From: Mustelus asterias | Lineage: Eukaryota | Reading direction: 5' to 3' | DNA: 64,000 bases | Assembly (NCBI RefSeq): GCF_964213995.1 | Contig: NC_135802.1 | Coordinates: forward strand, 150,474,001 to 150,538,000 | Translations under genes and position numbers: made by a program | Shown: one piece after another, positions 1-10,846 of the stretch | Position numbering within the stretch: the first letter of the stretch is position 1 | How the letters are laid out: the number at the start of each line of letters is the position of its first letter | Notes under the pieces: generated by a model | Database searches by the model: none | Seen by the model: the letters and a program-made list of their open reading frames with translations, nothing else | Told to the model about the DNA's origin: nothing

Positions 1-39
1 TATTCTAACCCCTCTTCCTATTCTTGCTATTCTGACTAC

Positions 40-290
40 TTCATCCATTGGATATCTTCAAATTTAAAGATCACATTCTAGTCTTTAAAACCCTTCAAGG
101 TCTTGCCAATTTCTACTTCCGTAACCACCTCCAACTCCAACATTACCCTTCAACTCCCCACTCACAGACTCGATTTTCACATCCACATTTCCAACCTCTT
201 TGCCTTATCATTGGAGGCTGTGCTTTCAGCCTCTCAAGCTTGCGCACTGGAATTCCCTTGCTAAAATACTTTGTATCTCCAATTCCTTCT
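40..290 (+). mobile_element. Old L2-like LINE 3' fragment
   Basis: Degenerate FK..ILVFKTLQGLA and IGGCAFS...WNS motifs typical of the L2 ORF2 C-terminus; similar text at 38215-38555 and 46570-46915. Confidence 0.55.
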
Positions 291-475
291 TGAATAGGCC
301 GTTGATTCTCTCCTTAACCTCTGGCTTGCAGTTCCTTTTTTTTGTTCCCTATCCGTCTTGAGGACTCTTGACATTTTGTTGCAACTGTCCGTGAACATTG
401 GAGGCAGAACTAAACGTATTTATTAAAGGGTAGGAAATTATATGCAGTAAATTCTGCAGAGTGAACAAAGAAAAT

Positions 476-1375
476 GGGCAGAACCTTTTCAAAAAATGGC
501 AAAGTGTCAGGATTGTTTTTCTCCGGAGAGACGAGGCAGATTTCTCCAAATCTGGCAATTTGTCAAAAAACAACAATGTGGGGGGGGAGGAGGAGGAGGA
601 GGAGGGAGGGAGGGTGTGTTTCACACCATCATTTTGAGTGGTGGGGCCTAAGCACGCCGGCAAAGCCTGGCTGCACTGAGATTGGAAAGTCCCCCACCTT
701 GCCACCCCGTCAGAGGAAAAATAATCTCCTCCACGGAGGTCTCGGGAGCTCCCTCCCATCCCCCACCCCTGCGATTAACACCCGCATCTCCTCCCCTCTC
801 CACCCGCCCTCCCCCACCAACAGTCATCACCAGCATCTCCTCCCCCAACCCCACCCCTGTCACTACACACATATGCCTCCCCAACCCTCTTCCACCCCCA
901 AATGAGGTTGCCAATAGGACCTGCCTCTGGCCCAGGTTGGCACCATCAGGTTGGCAGGTTGCCATGTGGTGCCAGGGGTCAGTGCCCAAGCCTGTCCCTC
1001 TCCCCAGGAGGGCTGTACTCACCTTTATCTCCCCGGGGAGATCCCCACGACCGGTTCGCATCTGGGTGAACCTGTTGTTAACTGCGCTGACGTGACGCCA
1101 TATTGGCGAAGTTTGGGAGTACAGCTTGGGCGTGAGCTATGGTGGGGGGGGGGCTGTTAATTATATTAATTTATTAATATAAATTTATTAAAATGCATCC
1201 AAATCCGGTTCTTGCCTTTACTCGGTGTGATCCTTGTCACGTTACCAGTGAGGAGTGGGGAAAATTGTAGAACGCCATCACTCTGGAGGGAATCGCGTTC
1301 CCCCCAATTCTCTCCAGGTTTAAAGCCTGGGTCACCATTCTCCCTGACTGTAAACGCAGGCTGAAAATCACCCCC
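476..1375. mobile_element. GC-rich non-autonomous TIR element (MITE-like, possibly PIF/Harbinger)
   Basis: Ends gggcagaacctt... and ...gaaaatcaccccc resemble the termini at 6599 and 40282-40610; flanks aat/agt. Confidence 0.5.
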
Positions 1376-2122
1376 AGTCACTAATGAACAATTGTCATGC
1401 CTCATGTTCTGATCTCCTGATTCTGAGAAGACAAATTTACCACGAAGGAGCTTGAGTGTCTTGTTCAGGGGGGAGATATTCAGGGGAGTCAATACTGATG
1501 ATAAAATAGAATGTCCAATATTATTACTGGCACTAAGACATGTATAGATTGCAATGGTCTCCAAGTGTCAGTATTTGGAACAAGGTGCATTATTTTCAAG
1601 AAGAGTGCAATGTACCTACATAATCACTTGAAACTTTTGTGTTTAAAATCTTCACAAATAACATTGATAAAATGTCAAGTTGAATTTGCAAACTGATGGC
1701 TTCTTGGGTACCTACAGATGGGATCTCTTTGCATCAGGTATTCAATCTCGAGGACTCTGCTCCAATGTTGTACATTGTCTGTGGTCTTTTGCCCCAGCCT
1801 TTGTTCTTGGGATGTGCTACAAGATATATCAAAGCTGCTTAATCAGTGAGGTATTCTCGATGAATTAAAAACAATCCAGCCTTTGTAATCTACGCACTAG
1901 CCAGATTTATTGCAACAAACTATTTGGTTCAGGAGGTAATATGTTTACAGTAGCCATTCATTGGGATTATAACAAAGTTAAGTCAAAGAAACAACTTTTG
2001 GTTTCTTGCTAGTAAGGGAGCCACGTCATGATTTTAGAATCTAAAAAAAAACTCATTCACTGTAAGTGGGAAATTCGTTGGGTCTGTCTGTACATAGCTT
2101 CATTCATCTGCTTGTTCCACAG

Positions 2123-2257
2123 GCCAGTGCTGGGAGGTCTTCTTTCCTCATCTTACCGACAGCATCAGGAGTCACTGGCAGCAGAGCGAGAGAAACGGCG
2201 TCAGGAGAGAGAGGAACGACTGCAACGGATAGAGCGGGAAGAAAGAAACAGATTCAA
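2123..2257 (+). CDS. FHOD3: FHOD3 exon (135 nt), E/R-rich coiled coil PVLGGLLSSSYRQHQESLAAEREKRRQEREERLQRIEREERNRF
   Basis: Acceptor ttccacag|G, donor AA|gtaaga, phase 2-2; lies within ORF 2028..2261. Confidence 0.95.
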
Positions 2258-2539
2258 GTAAGATGCTGTGATTGGGGGGGATATCAGTGAGAGAGAGAGA
2301 GACACTCACAAAGGAACTCGGAATCACTGCACACGGCTTTATTTCTCGAGTGCTATAAAGTCCCATAATTTGCAAATTTATGATCGATTTGCTGTAAAGT
2401 GGCACCAGGGCACCACACTTCCCTTCCTGAAATCCCATCCACAGCTGAGTCTGATGTTGGCCTTTGTTCAGGTGGGGAGTTGTTGGTCTCAGCTAGGTTT
2501 TGAACCAAGATAAAGTGGCGAGCTTATGGGAAGAAGGAA

Positions 2540-2885
2540 CAATTGGCTGGGATTTTATGTGAAGAATGCACTTTACACAGACAAATGGAAAGGAAAGTGG
2601 AAATCCAGCAGATTATATAAAGTGCCATAAAAGACAACGAGGAACACAAGGAAGGTATTAAGAGCTGCAAGAAGGGAATATGATGAAGACTTGAAAGGGA
2701 TATCAAGTTGTACAGTAAAAGTTTTTATAAATTATATTAAGAGAAGGAAAGCGGCTAAGGGAAACATGAACCCATTAAGAAAAGATACAGGTGACATTGG
2801 CGTCAACAATGGCCGGCTTGTTAACTGAGGACTTGCATATGTCTTCACAGTAGAGGAAGAGAGCAAACAACCAACAGCACAAGGG
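2540..2885 (+). mobile_element. Degraded CR1 ORF2 fragment
   Basis: Purine-rich text paralleling 11390-11610 of the young CR1 (…ttttataaattatattaagagaagg…, tgtcttcacagtagagga). Confidence 0.55.
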
Positions 2886-3175
2886 AAATCATAGAATCCC
2901 TACAACACAGAAAGAGGCCATTCGGCCCATCGAGTCTGTACCGACCACAATCCCAATAAGATTTGATTGAGTGGCAGAATAGACTCTCGGGGCTGAATAG
3001 CTTATTCCTGTTCTTGTGGGCCTAGCATTCTTAATTCTTATTCCTCCCCGATGGCAGAATTTTGTTCATGGAGACCATTAAAATCCTGTAGTTATCCAAT
3101 TATTTTATGGTCAGTCAAAGGATGTACAGCCCAGAAGGAGAAAGAAGTGAATAGGGATGACATAACTATTATTCT

Positions 3176-3335
3176 TTGATTTGATTTATTCTTGTCACAT
3201 ATGAAAAGTATTGTTCTTTCATGCTATACAGACAAAACATACCGTTCATAGAGTACATAGGGGAAAAGGAAAGGAGAGAGTGCAGAATGTAGTGTTACAG
3301 TGATAGCTTGGGTGTAGAGAAAGATCAACTTAATT
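3176..3335 (-). mobile_element. Rex/Babar-like LINE 3' UTR fragment
   Basis: gatttgatttatt...gaaaagtattgtt...aaagatcaacttaat, same as the 3' end of the element at 44930-46090. Confidence 0.75.
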
Positions 3336-4163
3336 GAGCGACCTATGCATCACATGACTAACGAGAGACCAAGGATTGAAAAGATGATTTTGTTACAACC
3401 TTTGAATGGATAAGCAGTCTAATGGTATGATGACCTGTTTATTTTGTATTCTGTTTGACCATTAACTCGGGCTGTTTTCCCCACAACGTCTTCGATCCAC
3501 CTCCAGAATGTTTCCCACCCGTTGCAGGCCTTCATCTGACAGTTCGATTGACTTCTCCATCTTTCACGAGCATCGACCATTTCAAAATGCGACCCAGTTT
3601 GCTTTGTCGCTCACACCTACCAGTCTGTCAAGCTTGATTGGCCCCCTGTTCGTGACAAAATCAGCCAATGTTCTAGTTCTCAGCTCCCACCATATAGTTT
3701 TGCTGTAGCTTATCTCGGTGACTTTCTTCAGCGCCTCTCTGCATTAACATCCCAGTTCCTCTGATTTGTTCCTGCTCAGCAATTCTAACCAATGGCTGAT
3801 ATTTGTCACTACAGCCTTGAGAATTCTTTCCGAAAACCTTGCGGCCTTGCTAACTCCAGCCTTGTCCTCTACGTCTGCCTCAAAACTCTTTTCCTGACCC
3901 CTTCTGCTTACCTTCCATCTTTTGCCTTATGGCTCCATGTGAAATGTTTTATTTAACTTAAAGAAACATTGTACGAAAGTGAGTCTGAACGCTGATGAAG
4001 ATAAAGATCTGTGTCATTTTGGAACTAATTTGCTGCATTTGAGGACATTAGTGCTTTTGTTGCAAATTCGGAAATGACGATCTGCTGACCTCATGCCACT
4101 GTCTTTTCTAACTTTCTTTCTGATCTCTCTTTCCTTCCTTTCTTTATCTGTTCTGTCTTTTAG

Positions 4164-4214
4164 TCGGGGCTATGTAGAAAAACGAGAAGAACAAAGACTG
4201 GCAAGAGAAGAAAG
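4164..4214 (+). CDS. FHOD3: FHOD3 51-nt small exon (N)RGYVEKREEQRLAREE(R)
   Basis: Long pyrimidine tract 4100-4160, tttag|T acceptor, AG|gtttgc donor, phase 2-2; resembles human SRDYLDKREEQRQAREER. Confidence 0.9.
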
Positions 4215-4389
4215 GTTTGCTTATTCTGCTACAAGTGCAATCAAACTGTTTATTGATTTGGAAAGTAGTTATTTATTTTAGTGACGCTAATCTACATTAG
4301 AAGAGGCTAGCATTATTCCACAATCATTATGTTGCTTTCCAAGCGCAGGTGTCATTCCAGATCTGACTCCTTGGGATTCCTTTAGAAGA

Positions 4390-4582
4390 ATCATAGAATC
4401 CCTACAGTGCATAAGGAGGCCATTCGGCCCATTGAGTCTGCACCAACAACAATCCCACCCAGGTCCTATCCCTGTAACCCCACATATTTACTGTGCTAAT
4501 CCCTCTAACCTGTGCATGCCGGGACACTAAGGGGCAATTTAGCACGGCCAATCAGCCTAACCTGCACATTTTTGGACTGCAA
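4390..4582 (-). mobile_element. HE1-type V-SINE, 3' part
   Basis: Tail atagaatccctacagtgc...ggccattcggccc. Confidence 0.85.
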
Positions 4583-5067
4583 AGGATTGCAAAACTAGGG
4601 CAAATCTATCTTGGATTATATACCTTCTAATTCCTTTGAAGTGGAAATCATAATTGTACAGAATCAATTTTGTATCTCTTCTGATTGCGTCTTCCATAGA
4701 ATTGATTAAGACTCAAAATTTATCTCCAAAGTGATAATGGGCTTTCCACTGCATTTGTGCTAAGATGTGGGACAAGATTTAAGAAAATTCCCAGCTGGTG
4801 TACTTTGGTAACGTGCTTGTATCGGAACCGTGAACTTTTCCCTCTTCTGGAGTGCTGAGGAGGGACCATAGTGCCTCTCTCACCTTCAGACAAACTGAAC
4901 GTCCCACTTCTCACAGTCTATATTCATAATGATCTCTCTCATACACAGACTAAGACTGCATCCACACACTCCACACAAAGATACACCAGTGCACGCAAAT
5001 TGTTGCTATGGTCTCCATAGAAACGGAGATTCATCACTTTTAAAAAAGAGATTCGAACTTCCGGTTA

Positions 5068-5358
5068 ATAGAATCCCTACAGTGCAGAAGGAGGCCATTC
5101 AGCCCATCGAGTCAGCATCGACCACAATCCCACCCAGGCCCTACTCCCGCAACTCCACATATCTACCCTGCCAATCCCCTGGCACTAGGATCATCTTAGC
5201 ATGGCCAATCCACCTAATCCGCACATCTTTGGTCTGTGGGAGGAAACCGGAACACCCGGAGGAAACCCACGCAGACCCAGGGAGAATGTGCAAAGTCCAC
5301 ACAGACAGTGACCCAAGGCTGGAATTGAACCCGGGTCCCTGGCACTGTGAGGCAGCAG
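5068..5358 (-). mobile_element. HE1-type V-SINE
   Basis: tRNA-like head, V-domain (ggaggaaaccgg..cacccggaggaaacccacgcagac) and CR1-like tail. Confidence 0.9.
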
Positions 5359-6598
5359 AAGGGATGAGACAATTTTGTCTTTTAAAACCTTTACTGTAAC
5401 AAATGACTGAGGAAACACTGTTGGTGAACACTTTGTTTTGTAGACAACTTAAAGTGACATTCCTCTTGTGTAATAATTCTTGTTCACTAGTTAAGGAAAA
5501 AAATAATAACACCTTTATTTACTGGCAAAGGCTATACAGAGGCTTGCAACCTCTGTCTGCAGCCAACTCCCAAAAAGGTTCTGAAACAAACCCATGCTGA
5601 TCAGGGCGATTTCCCCCACCCTGCTCCCCAGCGGTTCCCCAGGTCATGTGACCCCTTACTCTGCTGATTGATCCTTAAAGGGACAATCAGCACATCTTGT
5701 ATACTTATCACCCATCGCACCCTCCATGGAATTACAGTAGGTTTAGCAAACAGTTCACAGTTGCTGCCGGCTTCTAATGGGTTCCAATGTCCCCATTTCG
5801 CCGAGTAGGAGCTTCAATCGAAAGCTTCCAGGTACTTCCCTTATTTTTCAACAGTTTCTTAAATCCACTACCCGTAGGAAACCACCTCCTTCTTCCCAGC
5901 CCTATCAGAACAAATTTCCTGGAATCCATTGAAGACTGCAGGATCTCTTTGATCAGAGACTACGGGCAGGATTTTCTGGCTATGCTCGCCCCAAAATTAG
6001 AAAATCAATGGATGTTTGCATGGTCCCCCACCTACCGTCTGCTGCGATTCCCATGGAGGGTGGGATGAGAAAATTCCCACCCATTTCCCTGGCCTGGCTG
6101 AAGTAGCTCAGAAGAATCAAGCGGCTTTTTCTCTCTTCCTGACCACACAGATCTCCTGTCGGTTGGAAATATTCAAAGATTTGTAGGGAAGCTTGTAACC
6201 TGATCTCAAAAATGGCTTCCTCTTTTCTCTTCCCACCACAACATGAAACATACAACCCTGTATTCAGGTAGAAATGCTAATCAGCTATTTGGGAGTTCAA
6301 CTCTCTTTCATCTTGGAAGTAACTGGACCATTTACAGCCCAATTGTTTACAACTGTTAACTTCAACACCTTGCTGGGAATTTGGGAGACTCAGTGTACTC
6401 ATTGCAAACCCAGAGACTTTTGTCAGTGTCTCTAAGCAGAGACATTACACCACCTTCTCAGTAAGACAAACCATGCCTTTCTTTGATTTAGAACAGGCTT
6501 ACCATCAGGCAGACTGCAGGACAGGTCACATCAACCCCCCTCTCATTTACCCTAAATTTAAGCAACATTCCAAAATATAATAATCTTATAAACATCAT

Positions 6599-7552
6599 GG
6601 GGGTGATTCTCCCAAAAAAATCATAAGTGTCGAATCTGCGTAAAAATTGCAGTAAATCATGCTGGTTTTTTTCACGGAAGTTTCAAAATGAATCTCCCAC
6701 GTTCTGTGCACTGCTGAGTGCACTAATGTAAATCAGTCCAAAAATCACAGGTTGTGGCCTATTCTCGCTGGAGAAGCCGGCAGCATAGTGCTGAGCGGGT
6801 CACAACTGATCTGTCAGCACCGGGATCGCGCATGCACAGTGGCACCTTGTGCCGGCCTCCCGATTGCTGGTCAGCTCGATCGTTGGCCGGCCTCGCGACC
6901 CCCACATCGCCAGCCGTGCAAACCCCCAACTGCACAATCGCTGGCCCCTCCGTGTCTGGGTCCAGCTCCAACCCCCCCCCCCCCCCCCCCCGCCTCCCAG
7001 CCCACCTCAATCTCCCGCAGCCCCAACCCCTCCAACAAGCTGCACACCCACTTCCCGCCATCCTGCTGGCCAGCCCCGATCACTTGGCTCCCTCACTCTG
7101 TCACTCAGCCTGGGTGCAGAGTGGCAGCGGGACCCCACCCCCACCAATCGCCCCCCTGTAGCCCTTCCCCCACTAGGTCCTGCCCCTTTACACTGCCCTA
7201 TGTCCGATGGACAGTGCCAAGATGCCCCCTGGATATTGGTACTTTGCCCCTTGGTCAGTGCCAGGGGGCCCAAGCTGGCACTGTCAAAGTGTCAATGGGG
7301 TAGGGCGCACCCCGCCGGTGCCTGACTCTCTGGGGAGGCATTGATTGCCCCTCCTTGACTCTAGTGGGGTCGGGCCACCAGCTCCCCGCGAGTAGGGAGC
7401 TATAGTAAACCCGATGCTGGAAATCCAGTGCTCGGAGACCTACGGAGGCTGTGGCGCGCAGCGGTGGGCTCACAAAATGGCCTCTGCTAGAAATATGCAT
7501 AACTAAAGGTTGTATATTTGTTGCAGTAAAAGTTGCATAAGGAGAATAGCGC
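6599..7552. mobile_element. GC-rich TIR/MITE-like element related to 40282-40610
   Basis: First ~120 bp (gggggtgattctcccaaaaaaatcataagtgtc...) is the reverse complement of 40490-40610; poly-C at 6972-6991; right end ggagaatagcgc is approximate. Confidence 0.55.
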
Positions 7553-7850
7553 AGCTTCCTCAATGCCAGGCAGCCAGATTCGATTCTGGCCTTGAGTCAC
7601 TGTCTGTGTGGAGTTTGCACATTCTCCCCGTGTCTCCATGGGTTTCCTCCCAGGTGCTCCAGTTCTCTCCCACACTCCAAAGATGTGCTGGTTAGGTGGA
7701 TTGGCCATGCTAAATTGCCCTTTAGTGTCCAAAGATGTAGATTAGGTGGATTAATCATCTTAAATGTGTGGGGTTACACGGATAGGGCAAGGAGGTGGGT
7801 AATATGCTCTTTTGGAGTCGATGCAGACTCGATGGGTCAAATGGCCTGTG
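7553..7850 (+). mobile_element. HE1-type V-SINE
   Basis: gtcactgtctgtgtggagtttgcacattctccccgtgt V-domain and tail. Confidence 0.85.
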
Positions 7851-7989
7851 CTTCTCCGGATTCTAAAGCAGGAAAGACTAAACAAGCTGGGACTCTTTCA
7901 TTGAATCATAAAATGGTCACAACACAGGAGGCGACTATTCGGTTCACTGTGTCTGTGCCAGCACTCTGCAAGAGCAATTCAGCTAATGT

Positions 7990-8345
7990 GGGGGAGGCGA
8001 TGGCCTAGTGGTATTATCGCTATTATTAATCCAGAAACTCAGCTAATGTTCTGAGGACCCGGGTTCGAATCCCACCACGGCAGATGGTGGAATTTGATTT
8101 CGATAAAAATACCTGGAATTAAGAATCTACTGATGATCATGAAACCATTGTCGGTTGTCGGAAAAATCCATCTGGTTCACTAATGTCCTTTAGGGAAGGA
8201 AATCTGCCATCCTTACCTGGTCTGGCCTACATGTGACTCCAGAACCACAGCAATGTGATTAACTCTCAACTGCAGGGCAACTGGGGATGGGCAATAAATG
8301 CTGGCCAGCCAGCAACGCCCACATCCCACGAATTAATAAAAAGAA
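7990..8345 (+). mobile_element. tRNA-derived SINE, family 2 (tail shared with a CR1-superfamily LINE)
   Basis: A-box tggcctagtgg, B-box ggttcgaatcc, core ccatctggttcactaatgtcctttagggaaggaaat, tail gggcaataaatgctggcc...aaaaa. Confidence 0.85.
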
Positions 8346-8635
8346 ATCCGATATGCACCATGCTAACTTATATATGGGCATCAACATGCGCAATGAAACA
8401 GCTCAGTTGATTAATATCTGAGGTTTATCATTCAGGAAGCAAAATGGAACTAACTCTTCAACGTATTGGCCAAGCTGGTGTGAGGCCTCTACTCTTTCCC
8501 ATACTACCACCCCCCCACCGTTTTCCATTAGATACATGCTATCCCCCAGTTACACCCCAATTCCCAACCCCAGGCAGATCTGCAGAATGTGTGCTTGTTT
8601 CTAACGTGTAATTTTCTCCATCAATGGGATTTTAT

Positions 8636-9035
8636 TTTTCTTTATTCCTTTATGGGGTGTGGACATTGTTGGCAAGGCCAGCATTTGTTGTCCATCCCTA
8701 ATTGCCCTTCAACTTAGTGGCTCGCTAGGCCGTTTCAGAGAGCTTTGAAGAATCAACCACATTGCCAGGGATCGGAGGCACATGCAGGCCGGACCGGGTA
8801 AGGACAGCAGGTTTCCTTCCCTAAAGGACATTAGTGAACCAGATGGGTTTTTATGACAAGCGACAATGGTTTCATGGCCACCATTACTGAGAATGGGCTT
8901 TTATTAATTCCAGATTTTTCTCTCATTAATTGAATTCAATTCCACCATCTGCAAAGGTGGGATTTGTACCTGACACCCCAGAGCATTATCTTGGAGCTCT
9001 GCATTATCAGTCCAATGACATTACCACTGTGCCAC
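8636..9035 (-). mobile_element. tRNA-derived SINE, family 2 (inverted relative to 7990-8345)
   Basis: ttccttccctaaaggacattagtgaaccagatggg core on the reverse strand. Confidence 0.82.
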
Positions 9036-9544
9036 CATTTCCCCAGAGATGGTGCCATAACAAAAGCAAATGCCGTGGGGCAAATGGCCTCCTGCACTGT
9101 AAGGATTCTATGATCCTATGACTGGCAGTGCAGTGACAGCCAATGCTTCTTACCTCAAGGTGCAACTCCCAATTGCCCCGACGATGGAGAACGATTGTTC
9201 CCTCATGCTTGTTCTCTTTTTTTTGGGAATGTGGACATCCAGATCCAAAGTACCACAACATCATCCATTTCATGAATTAATATGTGCCACTGTATTTTGG
9301 AGTTTGTTCGTGCTGTTCTCCATCACTCCCCATCACTAGTGCCATAGATGTTTTATTTCTGAACTGGTTTTAAAATTGACTGAACCCAAACAAAGTTAAA
9401 CATTTCAAACAATGAATCTATTTGCATTTTTTATTTCAATGGGCCCATATTGTATAGTTGTGACCTTTTGGATCTCTTTACGTATCGGAATATAATATCA
9501 AAATCAATGGGGTCACCACCTATATTCACTCATCATGGAGCATA

Positions 9545-9890
9545 TAGCATAGAACCCTACAGTGCAAAAGGAGGCCATTCAGCCCATTGAGTCTGCACCG
9601 ACTCTCTGACACAGTATTGTACCCAGGCTCTCACCCTCCCCTGCCCTATCCCTCTAACCCCACACATTTATCACGGCTAATCCATCTAACCTACACATCT
9701 TGGGACACTAAGGGGCAACTTAGCATGGCCAATCCATCTAACCTGCACATCTCCGGACAAACCAGAGCACCCGGAGGAAACGCACACAGACATGGGGAGA
9801 ATATGCAAACTCCACACAGGCAGGCTGGAATTGAACCTGGATCCCTGGCGCTGTGAGGCAGCAGTGCTAACCACTGTGCCACCATGCTGT
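9545..9890 (-). mobile_element. HE1-type V-SINE
   Basis: Full head-to-tail match to other copies. Confidence 0.88.
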
Positions 9891-10061
9891 CTCATCTTCC
9901 TCCTCTTCCTGTCTGTAATATCCTATTGTAGATTTAAAAAACTGCCAAAGCTAAATGTGATTCTTGAAATAGAGGAAAGAAAAGTGGGTGAAAATGTATC
10001 TAGTTTTGAGGGCAAGTATATTTGCTTGACAGATATGAAGATATTGTGCTGAGAATTCCTG

Positions 10062-10370
10062 GACGGCACGGTGGCACAGTGGTTAGCAGCACCAGGGATC
10101 CGGGTTTGATTCACAGCTCAGGTCACTGTCTGTGTGGACTTTGCACCTTCTCCCCATGTCTGTGTGGGTTTCTTCCAGATGCTCCGGTTTCCTCCCACAG
10201 TCTAAAGATGTGCGGGTTAGGTGGATTGGCCATGCTAAATTGACCCTACTGTCAGGGGGACTAGCTAGGGTAAATGGGTTATGGGGATAGGGTATGGGTG
10301 GGATTGTGGTCAGTACAGACTCGATGGGCCGAATGACCTCCTTCTGCACTGTACGATTCTGTGATTCTAT
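10062..10370 (+). mobile_element. HE1-type V-SINE
   Basis: cggcacggtggcacagtggttagca head; gattctgtgattctat tail. Confidence 0.88.
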
Positions 10371-10669
10371 AATTGTGAATCTTTCCCATTAGATTCAGGG
10401 CCGGCACTCCCAGAATCGGACTACTGTCCCTTTGCAGTGCAATCCTTTCTTGCACAGTTTTGGCCTTCCTGCAATGTTGTCCCACTATCACCTTGGCCTA
10501 TCCAAATGAGAATTCCAATTGTGGGGTCATTTTGGGATGAAACGTTTTGATAACTCCTAACATAAATTTTGGCATGAGGGTATAGAGAATTTTTTTTATT
10601 TTGTACCTGTCCAAACATTTTTAGTGAGATTATCAACGAACGAAATTTCACCTCCCATGGCTAGCCAAA

Positions 10670-10846
10670 CTTGATTTGATTTATTATTCTCACATGTATT
10701 GGGACACAGTGAAAAGTATTGTTTCTTGCACACTGTGCAGGCAAAGCATACCATTCATAGAGTACATAGGGGAGAAGGAAAGGAGAGGGTGCAGAATGTA
10801 GTGTTACAGTCACAGCTAGGGTGTAGCGAAAGATCAACTTAATATA
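10670..10846 (-). mobile_element. Rex/Babar-like 3' fragment interrupted by the CR1 (continues 13267-13307)
   Basis: Joining 10846 to 13267 restores aacttaatata-aggtaggtccattcaaaagtctg as seen uninterrupted at 22177-22210. Confidence 0.85.

Noticed and set aside
349-1160. Overlapping 130-140 aa ORFs
   Set aside because: Pro/Gly-rich products of a GC-rich MITE-like element; no domain or splice support.
4929-5512. Recurrent ORFs such as CLCGVCTFSPCLRGFPPGAPVSSH and WPINLTRTSLDCGRKPEHPEETHAD
   Set aside because: Translations of V-SINE copies, not a protein family.
6752-7563. Cluster of ORFs up to 183 aa with poly-Pro, superficially FH1-like
   Set aside because: Poly-Pro comes from a poly-C run in a TIR element; several frames are open; the real FH1 lies in the 36765-37645 exon.
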